DNA of 64,000 nucleotides from an uncultured delta proteobacterium (GTDB taxonomy: Bacteria > Myxococcota_A > Polyangia > Fen-1088), in contig CAWGPW010000043.1 of NCBI GenBank assembly GCA_963824555.1, positions 68,763-132,762 on the forward strand, in the 5' to 3' direction. The notes beneath the pieces were generated by a model. The model was given only the letters and a program-made list of their open reading frames with translations. It was not told where the DNA came from and did no database searches. Position numbers and translations under genes: made by a program. Of this stretch, positions 1 through 10,429 are shown piece after piece (position 1 is the first letter of the stretch; each line of letters begins with the position of its first letter).

Positions 1-142
1 GACACCTGGAGGAAGAACATCGGCGGGAGCGCGTCTTGCCCATCGCCTTTCTGCTGCCGCCCGCGCTGCGTCCGCCTTGGACGAGGCGCGCGACCCGTGC
101 CCGTGATGGAAAAGCATAAACCGCCTGCAACGGAGGTGGACC

Positions 143-2452
143 GTGAATAGCAATCCCAATGTACGTCCTGCATCGCCCGATTCGGCACCGCTTTCTCCCT
201 GGTGGCGCCAGACCGCGATTTTGGTCATGGCCTTCGGCTTCACCCTGCTGACGGTGGTGACGGTCAAGACCTACAAGGGGGCGCCGCCCATCCCGGCACG
301 CGTGGTGAGCTCCGAGGGGCAGCTTCTGTTCACCGCGGACGATGTCCACAAAGGCCAGGATGTCTTCCTCAAGTTCGGCCTCATGGAGCACGGCACGCTG
401 TGGGGACACGGCGCCTACCTCGGACCCGATTACACCGCCGAATACCTGCACCGCCTGACCGAGATCGCGCGCGACACCGAGGCCACATCTCGATATAGGA
501 AGCCCTGGGCCGAGCTCGCGCAGGAACAGGCGCATTCCGTCGCCGAATCGGTCAAGCAGACGCTCAAGCAGAACCGCTACGACGAAGGCACACAGACCCT
601 GGTCTTCACGCCGGGTGAGGAGGCGTCCTTTCGCATCCAGCAAGGCGAGTGGAAGAATTACTTCGCCGGCCACAAGCCGGCGCCGGGACTTCCGTCTCGT
701 TTCATCAACCGCGACGGCGACCTCGCTTCCCTGAACGCGTATTTTGCTTGGGCGACTTGGGCCACCGTGGCCCCGCGGCCGGGAACGCAGGACTCGTACA
801 CCAACAATTGGCCGTTCGAACCGTCGGCGGGAAACACGCCTACCTCGTCGACCTACTTGTGGAGCGCGCTGAGCCTGGTTTGCCTCTTGGGCGGGCTTGG
901 CGTGGTGCTCTTCGTCTTCGGAAGATTCGACTACCTTGGCTGGGGCGGGTCTTCGGGTCACGTACACGTATCCGAGGGGCCTATTCATCGCTGGAAGGTC
1001 ACGCCAAGCCAGAAGGCGTTGGGTCTGTTCTTCGCGGTCGTCGCCGTTCTGTTCGTCCTGCAAGCGGCGATGGGTGGCGTGCTCGCCCACTATCGCGTCG
1101 AGCCCGGCGCATTCTATGGTTTCGATCTGGCTCGATTCCTGCCCTACAACCTGGCCCGCACCTGGCACCTGCAACTGGCCATCTTTTGGATCGCCACCTC
1201 GTGGGTTGCCGGCGGCCTGTTTCTGGCGCCGCTGGTCGGCGGCGCGGAGCCGAAAGGCCAGAGAGCAGGCGTGCTGGTGCTTCTAGGTGCCCTGGCGGTG
1301 GTCGTCTTCGGCAGCCTGGGTGGCGAAGCCCTGGGCATCAACGACAAGCTTGGGACGCTGTGGTTCTGGCTCGGCCATCAGGGTAGCGAGTACCTCGACT
1401 TGGGCCGATTCTGGCAACTGCTGCTGGCCGGCGGGCTGGTATTTTGGCTGTTCCTGATGTTCCGCGCCCTGCGACCCGCCATGAAATCTGGCGAGAAGGG
1501 GGAGCTGCCTTCGCTATTTCTCTACGCAGCCGTGGCCATCCCGGTCTTCTACTTGCCCGCGCTCTTCTACGGATCGCACACCAACTTCGCCATCATCGAC
1601 AATTGGCGTTTCTGGATCATCCACCTCTGGGTCGAGGGTTTCTTCGAGCTCTTCGCCACGGTGCTGGTGGCCGTCATGTTCGTCCAAATGGGACTGGTGA
1701 CGACCAAGACAGCGACCCGCTTGGTCTATCTGGATGCGATCCTCTACCTCGCCGGCGGCATCGTGGGCACCGGCCACCACTGGTACTTCACGGGGCAAGG
1801 CACGCTGAACATGGGGTTGGCCTCGTGCTTTAGCGCGTTGGAGGTGATTCCGTTGACCCTGCTGACCCTCGATGCGTGGGATTTCATTCGTCTCAAGGAC
1901 CAAAATTGCGAGGACTGCCACCAGCCGCTGGCCGCCCACCAGAAATGGGCCATCTACTTTCTTATTGCCGTCGGCGTGTGGAACTTCGTGGGCGCCGGTG
2001 TGTTCGGATTCCTCATCAATCTGCCCATCGTCTCGTACTTCGAGATCGGCACCAGCCTGACCGCGAATCACGGTCACGCCGCCATGTTCGGCGTGTTCGG
2101 CATGTTGGCCCTCGGGGTCGTCTTCTTCTGTCTGCGCGCCATCCGCGGCGATGCCATTTGGAATCGGGCCGAACGATGGGTTCGCATCGGATTCTGGGGC
2201 GTCAACGGCGGGCTTGGCCTGATGGTCGTGCTCGACTTGTTTCCCGGCGGCGTCCTGCAACTCTGGGACGCCATGCAGAACGGCTACTGGCACGCCCGCC
2301 GCCTCACGTTTCTCATGAGCGGCCTTTTCCACACACTCGAATGGATCCGCATCGCCGCGGATCTGACCTTCCTGCTCGCCGGGGCCGTGCCGCTGGCCTT
2401 GGCCGTGTTGCTCCTCGTCTTCGGCGAGCGGGCACCCGAGCACGGCGGTTAA
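143..2452 (+). CDS. norZ: Quinol-dependent nitric oxide reductase (qNOR, long single-subunit NorB/NorZ type). GTG start 6 nt after GGAGGTG.
   Basis: 769 aa polytopic membrane protein with heme-copper oxidase-like His motifs (HHWYFTGQG, GHQGSEYLDL). Length is typical of single-subunit qNOR. RBS GGAGGTG upstream. Confidence 0.8.
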   Translation: MNSNPNVRPASPDSAPLSPWWRQTAILVMAFGFTLLTVVTVKTYKGAPPIPARVVSSEGQLLFTADDVHKGQDVFLKFGLMEHGTLWGHGAYLGPDYTAEYLHRLTEIARDTEATSRYRKPWAELAQEQAHSVAESVKQTLKQNRYDEGTQTLVFTPGEEASFRIQQGEWKNYFAGHKPAPGLPSRFINRDGDLASLNAYFAWATWATVAPRPGTQDSYTNNWPFEPSAGNTPTSSTYLWSALSLVCLLGGLGVVLFVFGRFDYLGWGGSSGHVHVSEGPIHRWKVTPSQKALGLFFAVVAVLFVLQAAMGGVLAHYRVEPGAFYGFDLARFLPYNLARTWHLQLAIFWIATSWVAGGLFLAPLVGGAEPKGQRAGVLVLLGALAVVVFGSLGGEALGINDKLGTLWFWLGHQGSEYLDLGRFWQLLLAGGLVFWLFLMFRALRPAMKSGEKGELPSLFLYAAVAIPVFYLPALFYGSHTNFAIIDNWRFWIIHLWVEGFFELFATVLVAVMFVQMGLVTTKTATRLVYLDAILYLAGGIVGTGHHWYFTGQGTLNMGLASCFSALEVIPLTLLTLDAWDFIRLKDQNCEDCHQPLAAHQKWAIYFLIAVGVWNFVGAGVFGFLINLPIVSYFEIGTSLTANHGHAAMFGVFGMLALGVVFFCLRAIRGDAIWNRAERWVRIGFWGVNGGLGLMVVLDLFPGGVLQLWDAMQNGYWHARRLTFLMSGLFHTLEWIRIAADLTFLLAGAVPLALAVLLLVFGERAPEHGG

Positions 2453-2500
2453 CTGTCTGGGGTCGTCATGAAGAGGCCGCGGTGCCGCGGTGCGGCCCGC

Positions 2501-2932
2501 TCACCTCGCCCCGCGCGGCTTTCGTATGCGTTCGCCGAGCGCGGCGACTCCGCCGCTACCATGGGCGGCGATGAACAAGAAGAGGAAGCAGTAGACCACC
2601 GCCAGCTCGCCCTTGTTGATGCCCGGCAGCCACATGCCGCCCGCCAGGGCGAATTTCCAGTGGAACTGGAAGTAGGCGACGGCCATCTCGCCAGAGGCCA
2701 GGAACGCGGCGGGGCGCGTGAGCAGCCCGAGCGCGATCAAGGTGCCGCCCACCAATTCGATGATTCCTGCGAACCAGATCTGCGAACCCGCCGGAGGCAT
2801 GAAGGGGCTGTGCCAGCCGAGAATCTTTTGCGCGCCGTGAAACGCGAACAACGCGCCTGCGACGATGCGAAGGGCTGCATAGAGATAGGGCTCTGACCGA
2901 AGCGCGAATTCCCTGACTTTCGTAGTGAACAT
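2501..2932 (-). CDS. DoxX family membrane protein
   Basis: 143 aa from internal Met MFTTKV. Four predicted TM helices, DoxX-like (AGALFAFHGAQKI...). The ORF portion upstream of that Met looks non-coding. Confidence 0.6.
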   Translation of the reverse strand: MFTTKVREFALRSEPYLYAALRIVAGALFAFHGAQKILGWHSPFMPPAGSQIWFAGIIELVGGTLIALGLLTRPAAFLASGEMAVAYFQFHWKFALAGGMWLPGINKGELAVVYCFLFLFIAAHGSGGVAALGERIRKPRGAR

Positions 2933-3060
2933 GCTGTTCTCCTTGAATGTTGTCGAAGGTGAGGCGGCAACGCCGACCAGATGGCGTTCGTTGGAATTGG
3001 AAAGCGGTAAAGCCTGAATCATGACAAATCCTCTCTTGTCTTGGTTTTGCGAACGGCCGC

Positions 3061-4116
3061 TTGCACGGCCGCGTGCTAAGAAGATGTTCGAGAGTTGCTG
3101 GACGTTGCATGGTAAATGATCCGCAATATTTGACCGATCGTCTTGACCCGGCGGATGATGGGTCACCCGATGTCGCCGACATCCTGGGCGATCTGCTGAG
3201 CAGCTTGCGTTTCACGACGCTGGTTTATGGCCGCATGGAGCTAGGCGCTCCTTGGGGTTTGAGCTTTCCCAGCCTACCCGAGTCGGCCAGTCTCCTGGTC
3301 ATTGCCCGGGGCAGCGCCCAGCTCGAGCTTGAAAGGTCCGATCAGACGACTGTGACGACAACCGTGCTCTCCTCGGGCGACGTGGCGTTGCTTCCGCGCG
3401 GTGGGGCGCACGTCTTGCGTGATGGCGAGGGCAGTCCCCTGCACGTCCTCGGCACGGGCCAGTGCCAGCGCTCGACCGCGGCGAACCCCATTCGCGTGGG
3501 GGGCAACGGGGCTCGAACGACGTTGGTCGCGGGTGCGTTTCGCTACGGTGCCGGGCGGCGGATCCCCCTGTTCGAGACGCTTCCGTCCGTCATTCACATC
3601 GCCGCGTCGGACGCGCGCGTCTCGCCTTGGTTGTCGTCGACCGTGCAACTGCTCATTTCAGAGAGCGCTGCGCACAGCGCGGGCGGTACCGTGGTCGTTT
3701 CGCGGTTGGTCGACGTGCTGTTCGTGCAGGCGCTACGCACGTTCATCATGAACGGTAGCTGCAAGGAAAGCGGGCTGCGCGCGCTCGGCGATCCCCAGAT
3801 CGGGAAGGCTTTGCAGCTCGTCCACGAGCGGCCGGCGGAGCCATGGACGGTCGAGCGGCTGGCGCGCGCCATCGGCTTGTCGAGGTCGACTTTCGCGGCG
3901 CGGTTTTCCGAGCTGGTCGGCGAGCCGCCCTTGGAATACGTCTCGCGCTGGCGCATGACCAAGGCCGCCGAGCTTTTGCGCGAGAGCGATCTCTCGGTGC
4001 TCGACGTCGCCGAGCGTGCCGGCTACAGCAGCGAGGCCGCCTTTGGCCGCGCTTTCAAGCGCCACGAAGGCACGGCACCCGCGCGCTACCGGCGCCAACA
4101 GACACGCGCGCGCTGA
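3061..4116 (+). CDS. AraC family transcriptional regulator (cupin-like N-terminus + AraC HTH). Start uncertain, alternative Met at 3109.
   Basis: C-terminal AraC HTH signature (RLARAIGLSRSTFAARF...YVSRWRMTKAAELL...GYSSEAAFGRAFKRHEGTAPARYRR). Confidence 0.8.
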   Translation: MHGRVLRRCSRVAGRCMVNDPQYLTDRLDPADDGSPDVADILGDLLSSLRFTTLVYGRMELGAPWGLSFPSLPESASLLVIARGSAQLELERSDQTTVTTTVLSSGDVALLPRGGAHVLRDGEGSPLHVLGTGQCQRSTAANPIRVGGNGARTTLVAGAFRYGAGRRIPLFETLPSVIHIAASDARVSPWLSSTVQLLISESAAHSAGGTVVVSRLVDVLFVQALRTFIMNGSCKESGLRALGDPQIGKALQLVHERPAEPWTVERLARAIGLSRSTFAARFSELVGEPPLEYVSRWRMTKAAELLRESDLSVLDVAERAGYSSEAAFGRAFKRHEGTAPARYRRQQTRAR

Positions 4117-4358
4117 CCTGTCCATCAATTGGACAGGTCAGCAGAAAGCCGAGCCAAGGGCCTGCGCACGCGCTCGCAGCGCAGTTTGGCGCCGGCCGGG
4201 ACCACAGACCAGCGATTGCGCAAACAGGGGACGCGCACTCGGCGGAGAGCGTGGACGGGCAGCGACGACGCGGATGTTCAAGACGTGTCCATGAATGGAC
4301 CCGTCTTGAACATCTTATCCCCACCTGCGGCCGAGCGCAGGCAGCAGTGCCGGGCTCG

Positions 4359-6029
4359 TCAGGGCTTCCCGACGAAGGTCGTAACCGATTGCGCGGCGAG
4401 GGAGGCGCTAAACCGTCCTGCCGTAACGGCGATATCCGTCCCAGCAGCCAGCTTGGAGCTCGAGGTGGTGACATACGGGGTGACGGAGGCCGGCCAGGCC
4501 GTGCCCGCCACGAACAGGGAGACCTGCTGGGCACTGCCGCCGTTCACCACGACGATGGCGACCGTTCCATCCGATAGGTTCGAGAACGCCACGACCAGAG
4601 GCACGGTTCCGGATGCTTTGGCCGCGCCGCTGACGTCGACACGGTAGTACCCGGGGCGCACGAACTTGCTGAAGTTCCCCAGCGCGTAAACCTGCGCGGG
4701 CGGACTGCTCGCGTTCGGCACAAGGCTCTCCGTCCACCAATAGTGCCATCCGTTCACTCCACCGGTCGAGAACGCTGCGTAAATCATGGTCCCGATGGTG
4801 ATCGGTCCCGTGTCACCCGGCGTGCACTCGGTCTCCCAGACATGGTGCGTGTTGTTCGCGGGCGGCGCCGGACGTCCATAGGTCCCCGCGCTGGTGCTTC
4901 CGTAGTCATGCGTCGCGATCGGCCCGACGTAGGAGTCGGCCTTCGAGTCGGCGATGATAGCGGGGCCGTAGCCGTCGCCTCCCCAAATATTGCCCCAGTT
5001 GTCGGGCTCGGCCGCGAGCACTTTGACGGGCGGACTAAGTGCGGCCAGCTTCGGGCCCAGCACATCAATCCAGGCCACCATTTGTGACGAGTTGAAGATG
5101 CACGACTGGTAGCTTGCCACGAAATCAGGCTCGTTCTGTGCCGAGATGGCGTAAAGGTCCACGCCACCGTTCTGCTTGTAGAACGCAGGAAACGCCGCGA
5201 GAATCGTGGCCCACGAGTCGTAGGAGGCGCTATTCAAATGCCCGCCATTGTTGACGTTGTTGTTGTCCTTGTCTCCTGCGGGTGGCGACCAGGGAGCGGC
5301 CCACACTTTGCATGCACTGCCGGCAAACTTGGTGCAGGCCTGGCCGTCGGCATACCCCGCGGCCCCCATGATATTGGGTTTGCCGCTCGTGCCGTCGATA
5401 CCGACGCGGAGCAGGGTCAGCCCGATCCCGTTCACTGGGTCCCATAGGAGCGTTTGCATGGTCGTCGAAGATGAGCCCTGCCACACGTCGGCCAACCCGA
5501 AGCCGTCTACAACCTGATGGGTCTTCGTCGGATCGACCGTGACATCGCCCGTCTGGGCCGTCCCGGGCGTCTTCGTTCCAACATAGATTGCGGTGCTGCC
5601 GCCCGCCCCCATCCCAGCGGCACCGCCGGTGCCTAGCTCGGCTCCGCCTGAACCGTTAAGACCGCCAGTTCCCGGCCGGCCGTCCGTGCGGGGCGCTGCA
5701 TCGGAGATGCTGGCGTCGCCCGAACCGCCACGACCGCCGGTCCCGACCTGGCCGCCCGATCCCGGCTGGCCGCCCAAGCCGGTCGCCCCGCCAGATCCAA
5801 TCACACCACCCGAGCCGCTACGGCCACCGGTGTCTGCAGCGCCGCCCGATCCCGGCTGGCCGCCCGATCCGGGCTGGCCGCCCGAACCGCGCTCACCGCC
5901 AGTTCCGATCGCGCCTCCGACTCCCGAACCTCCGGAGCTCGTGGAAGTGACCGGTGTGCCCGATGAGCAAGCAGCGCCCGCGATAGCGAGAGCTGCAACC
6001 GTTGTACGCAAGAAGCGGCTTGATGTCAT
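4359..6029 (-). CDS. Secreted/lipoprotein GH30 family glycoside hydrolase (glucuronoxylanase XynC-like) with Gly/Ser-rich linker
   Basis: Signal peptide + Cys (AIAGAAC). GSGGQPGSGG repeats. Catalytic-region motif LYAISAQNEPDF matches the GH30 XynC block YAISVQNEPD. Confidence 0.7.
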   Translation of the reverse strand: MTSSRFLRTTVAALAIAGAACSSGTPVTSTSSGGSGVGGAIGTGGERGSGGQPGSGGQPGSGGAADTGGRSGSGGVIGSGGATGLGGQPGSGGQVGTGGRGGSGDASISDAAPRTDGRPGTGGLNGSGGAELGTGGAAGMGAGGSTAIYVGTKTPGTAQTGDVTVDPTKTHQVVDGFGLADVWQGSSSTTMQTLLWDPVNGIGLTLLRVGIDGTSGKPNIMGAAGYADGQACTKFAGSACKVWAAPWSPPAGDKDNNNVNNGGHLNSASYDSWATILAAFPAFYKQNGGVDLYAISAQNEPDFVASYQSCIFNSSQMVAWIDVLGPKLAALSPPVKVLAAEPDNWGNIWGGDGYGPAIIADSKADSYVGPIATHDYGSTSAGTYGRPAPPANNTHHVWETECTPGDTGPITIGTMIYAAFSTGGVNGWHYWWTESLVPNASSPPAQVYALGNFSKFVRPGYYRVDVSGAAKASGTVPLVVAFSNLSDGTVAIVVVNGGSAQQVSLFVAGTAWPASVTPYVTTSSSKLAAGTDIAVTAGRFSASLAAQSVTTFVGKP

Positions 6030-6788
6030 GCGTTCCTCTCTGCTTGGTATTTCGACGGTCGACGTCTGTCATGGACAGACCTAACGCCCGCGTCGCCCAC
6101 GCGGGTGCAAGTCTCCAGGGCAGAAGCCATGATATTATGTAGTGGCGGGAGCACCTGAGTTCCGTCTCAAAATTCAGACAAAAAAAGGCGATCCCTTGCT
6201 CGAGACGCCGCCGCACGGTTCCGATGGGTGTGCGCGGAGGTGTGTGCGATATCCGCTGATGATGCGCCATGTAGGAGCGAAGCACGCCCATGCTACCGGC
6301 TTGTGCTTCTTCCACCAAGTCATCGGGACGAGGTCTCCTCCCAGTTCCGCCGCTGGGCCGAGGCCCGGATCCTTCAAGCGTGAAGCGTGACAGCCCCTTG
6401 TATCTTACGGGGGACTGGCTCGCTCTCGCTCGCAGTCCCCCGGTCCCCCCTCGCTTCGCCCAGCAAAGCTGGGCTACGCTCGCCCCCAAAGGCGAAGGAG
6501 CACGACAAGATTCAACGGCACGACAGCCCGATGCCCCTCTAACTTGCAGTGGCAAACCACAGAGGTTTTACCTTGACCAGGAACACAGATGCTCACCCGC
6601 CTCGCTGCGCTCGGCGACCTGCTATGGAAGTGCGTGAAGTGCGGACGTAAGTCCGCGAATTTTCATGCTTGGGGGTGCGGCCACCGCGCCCCATCGGGAC
6701 TCTCTCAGCTACGCGGTGCTTCGCGGGGCGAGGTGGTTTCAGGTCAGGTGGACAACCGTGGTCGCGCGTAGTACACCCCGGCACCTCC

Positions 6789-8414
6789 GTGGTTCGACTC
6801 GACAACATCAGCAAGCAGCATGGCCCGCAAATCCTATTTGTAGATGCCAGCGCCGCGCTCTTGCGTGGCGAGAAGGTGGGTCTTGTGGGACCGAACGGCG
6901 CGGGCAAGTCGACCGTCTTTCGCCTGATCATGGGCGAGGAATCGGTGGACGACGGGCAGATCTCCATCGACCGCAACGTGACCATCGGGCACTTCAGCCA
7001 AGACGTAGGCGAGATGAAAGGCGTGTCGGCCCTGGCCGCCACCATGGACGGCGCCGGTCCGGTATCGGCCTTGGCCAGCGAGCTGCACGAGCTGGAGCAT
7101 GCCATGGCCGATCCCACGCGGGCTGATGAGCTCGAAAAGTTGGTCGACCGCTTCGGCCACGCGCAGGCCCGATTCGACGAGCTCGGCGGCTATGCGCTGG
7201 AGGCACGGGCGCGCGAGATCATGGCCGGCCTCGGGTTTTCGCAAGAGCAAATGGACGGCGACGTGGGCAACCTTTCGGGTGGGTGGAAAATGCGCGTGGC
7301 TCTGGCGCGCATCCTGCTCATGCGGCCCAACTGCATGCTGCTCGACGAGCCGTCGAACCATCTCGACATCGAGTCGATCATCTGGCTCGAGGAGTTTCTC
7401 AAGGATTTCGACGGCGCTTTGCTCATGACCACGCACGACCGCGAGTTCATGAATCGCGTGGTCAGCAAGATCATCGAGATCGATGGCGGCGTGATGACGA
7501 GCTATTCTGGCAACTACGACTTCTACGAAAAGCAGCGTGCGCTGCACACCGTGCAGGCCGAGGCCGCGTACGCGCGCCAGCAGGCCATGCTGGCCAAGGA
7601 GATCCGCTTCATCGAGCGTTTCAAGGCGCAGGCTTCGCACGCGGCGCAGGTGCAATCGCGCGTGAAGAAGCTGGACAAGATCGAGAAGCTGGAGCTGCCA
7701 CGCCGCCGGCGCACCATCACCTTCGAGTTCCCGGAATCGCCTCGTTCGGGTGAGGACGCGGTGAAGATCGAGGGCTTGTGCAAACGGTACGGCGACCACG
7801 TCATCTACGACGATTTCAGTCTGATGATCCGACGCAAGGAGCGCTGGAGCGTGATGGGGGTGAACGGCGCGGGCAAGTCGACGTTGCTCAAGTTGGTGGC
7901 GGGCGACATCGAGGCCAACGCGGGCAAGGTCACGCTGGGCGCGGGCGTGCGCATGGGCTACTTCGCACAGCACGCGATGGAGCTTCTCGATCCGCAGAAG
8001 ACGGTCTACGAGACGCTGGAGGAGGCCTTTCCCCTAGCCTCGGTGGGCACTCTGAAATCGCTGGGCGGCTGTTTCGGTTTTTCGGGCAGCGACATCGACA
8101 AGGTGTGCCGCGTGCTTTCGGGGGGCGAGAAGGCCCGCGTGGTCATGGCCCGCTTGCTCTACGATAGGCCCAACCTGCTGGTCCTAGACGAACCCACCAA
8201 CCATCTCGATTTGGCCACCAAGGAAATGCTCTTGTCCGCGCTGCACGATTTCGAGGGCACCATGCTCTTCGTGTCGCACGACCGCCGGTTCCTGGCCGCC
8301 CTGTCCAACCGCGTGCTCGAGCTGGACGGTGGCGCCACCACTACCTACGGCGGCGGCTATTTGGAGTATGTCGCTCGTAGCGGACACGAGGCGCCCGGCC
8401 TGCGCGCCAAATAG
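6789..8414 (+). CDS. ABC-F family ATPase (Uup/YheS/EttA-like, two ABC domains, no TMD). GTG start inferred.
   Basis: Two Walker A (GPNGAGKST, GVNGAGKST) and two ABC signature (LSGGWKMR, LSGGEKAR) motifs, with an inter-domain linker. The ORF N-terminal extension from 6669 looks non-coding. Confidence 0.8.
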   Translation: MVRLDNISKQHGPQILFVDASAALLRGEKVGLVGPNGAGKSTVFRLIMGEESVDDGQISIDRNVTIGHFSQDVGEMKGVSALAATMDGAGPVSALASELHELEHAMADPTRADELEKLVDRFGHAQARFDELGGYALEARAREIMAGLGFSQEQMDGDVGNLSGGWKMRVALARILLMRPNCMLLDEPSNHLDIESIIWLEEFLKDFDGALLMTTHDREFMNRVVSKIIEIDGGVMTSYSGNYDFYEKQRALHTVQAEAAYARQQAMLAKEIRFIERFKAQASHAAQVQSRVKKLDKIEKLELPRRRRTITFEFPESPRSGEDAVKIEGLCKRYGDHVIYDDFSLMIRRKERWSVMGVNGAGKSTLLKLVAGDIEANAGKVTLGAGVRMGYFAQHAMELLDPQKTVYETLEEAFPLASVGTLKSLGGCFGFSGSDIDKVCRVLSGGEKARVVMARLLYDRPNLLVLDEPTNHLDLATKEMLLSALHDFEGTMLFVSHDRRFLAALSNRVLELDGGATTTYGGGYLEYVARSGHEAPGLRAK

Positions 8415-8561
8415 TTGACGGTCCTCGTGTCGAGATGCGTGATCGCACGCCTCTGCCGCATGAACACAATTCTACCGCAGCCACGGCTTCCGCGCCGTCT
8501 TGCCCAAGCCGTACAATTCGCAGCAGCTCTGCGACGCCGTACAGGTCGATCCCCGGGCAGG

Positions 8562-10250
8562 TCAGGGGGTGCTCACCACCTTGAGCAGGACGACGGTGTG
8601 GCTCGCGACGCTGGTCGCCGTGTACGAGTCGGTGGCCGGGCCCACATCCTTCGCGGCCCAGAGATCGCGGACCGAGGCAGCGCCCGCGGGGAGGCCAATA
8701 TCGCTCCACTTGACGGTGATCGATGCGCTGGCCGTGCTGCGATTGAACAGCGCGACCGCTCGCGTGTTCGTCCCCGACATCTGTTTCGACCACACCTCCA
8801 AGTTCGTCCCTGGCGTGGCCACCACGCGACCTTGGTTGCCGAGCGGATCTTGATTGACGGCGATGACCTCGGCGTTCAAGAGCGTGGCCTTCGTCGCCGT
8901 GCTCATTTTGGTCAGGTCGTTCCCTGTGATGAGCGGTGACGCCATGATGGCCCACATGCTGAAATGGGCGCGGCCTTCCGTGTCGCTCAGGCCATTGCCG
9001 ACCTCCAGCATGTCGGGATCGTTCCAGTGTCCCGGCCCGGCCCCGACCTCCTGGCCCTTATTCGCGTCGATGAGCCGAGTGACATCGGCCCAGGTTGCCG
9101 AGATGTCGAACCCGATGCGCCACATGTTGGCGATGGTGGGCAGGTTGAGCGAGCAGCTCGTCGGGGTACAGAACGGACCTTGGTCGGCCGGATTGATGCT
9201 GTAGAAGATGGGACGGCCGGTTGCCTTGAGCGCGTCGCGCATGGTCGCGAACGCACTTAGCTGACCTTGGCACTTGTCGTACTTCAGATAATCCACACCC
9301 CACGAGGCGAAGGTTTGCGCATCGGTGGTTTCGTGACCGACGCTGCCCACACCGCCTGTGTAACCGCCGTAAAGGCCGGCGCAGGTCTTGGTGTTGGGTG
9401 TCGAGTAGATGCCAAGCTTGAGACCCTTGCCGTGAACGTAGTCGGCGAGCGCGGCAATCCCCGAGGGGAACTTGCTCGCGCTTGCTTGCAGCTTGCCGCT
9501 GGAATCGCGCCCATCCATCCAGCAATCGTCGAGATTGACGTACTGATACCCGACGTCCTTCATGCCGGTGGAGATGAAGGCATCCGCCATGCTCTTGACC
9601 ACGGTTTCGTTAAGGCCGCTGCAATTGAACGCGTTCCACGAGTTCCAGCCCATGGGGGGCGTGGCTCCGACCACGGTCGAGCCGCCTGTTCCCCCGGTCG
9701 CGCCCGCGTCCGACGAGGTCGTCGCGCCTGTACCGCCCGTGCCGCTCGCCCCGCCCGTGTGTGTTCCTCCGCTACCGGTAGAGCCGCCGCTGGCAAGACC
9801 GCCCGTGCCGGTCAATCCGCCTCGGCTCGTCGTGGTTCCCGTCAATCCGCCATTGCCAGCGTCGGTTGTGGTGCCACCCGCTCCGGCGTCGGCCGTGCCA
9901 CCTGACCCGGTTCGGCCTCCGCTCGCGAAGCTGCCGCCGCCTGCCAAGTTGCCGCCGGATCCGGCCGTCGCAGCCCCACCGGAGCCTTGTCCGCCGCCAT
10001 TGCCCTGCGCGCCCCCGGCCGCAGCGGTCCCGCCCGTGCCCGTAGCGGCGGTCCCGCCCGCGCCGCTGCGCCCACCGCCGCCGGAGGTGGTGTTGGCGGT
10101 GCTGCCTCCCAGGCCCGTCGTTCCGCCACGACCGGTAGTTCCTCCGGTGCTTCCACCACCTTCGCCGGCTCGATTGCAACCCCAGAGGATGCCGGTTGCT
10201 ACGGCGAGGATGAGCAGCTTCTTGGTCGGATTTGCACCTGCGGTTGTCAT
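8562..10250 (-). CDS. Secreted lipoprotein GH27 alpha-galactosidase/alpha-N-acetylgalactosaminidase with long Gly/Thr-rich linker
   Basis: Lipobox LWGC. About 170 aa of G/T/S-rich linker. GH27 motifs (PPMGWNSWNAF, YVNLDDCW, GLKLGIYS). Confidence 0.8.
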   Translation of the reverse strand: MTTAGANPTKKLLILAVATGILWGCNRAGEGGGSTGGTTGRGGTTGLGGSTANTTSGGGGRSGAGGTAATGTGGTAAAGGAQGNGGGQGSGGAATAGSGGNLAGGGSFASGGRTGSGGTADAGAGGTTTDAGNGGLTGTTTSRGGLTGTGGLASGGSTGSGGTHTGGASGTGGTGATTSSDAGATGGTGGSTVVGATPPMGWNSWNAFNCSGLNETVVKSMADAFISTGMKDVGYQYVNLDDCWMDGRDSSGKLQASASKFPSGIAALADYVHGKGLKLGIYSTPNTKTCAGLYGGYTGGVGSVGHETTDAQTFASWGVDYLKYDKCQGQLSAFATMRDALKATGRPIFYSINPADQGPFCTPTSCSLNLPTIANMWRIGFDISATWADVTRLIDANKGQEVGAGPGHWNDPDMLEVGNGLSDTEGRAHFSMWAIMASPLITGNDLTKMSTATKATLLNAEVIAVNQDPLGNQGRVVATPGTNLEVWSKQMSGTNTRAVALFNRSTASASITVKWSDIGLPAGAASVRDLWAAKDVGPATDSYTATSVASHTVVLLKVVSTP

Positions 10251-10429
10251 GATTCACCTGCGGCTGGGGTCCCTAGCAGTATTGACATCGGTAGCTCATG
10301 CGCACATCTGGACAGGGTACCATGGGGCGCAAGGAATGTGTCTTTCGACTATTTGTGCAAGAAGGAACTCAAGCTACGACCGTGAAATTCAGCTTGCGAC
10401 GGTCAAGATGTCCGATGTAGGGTCTATTC

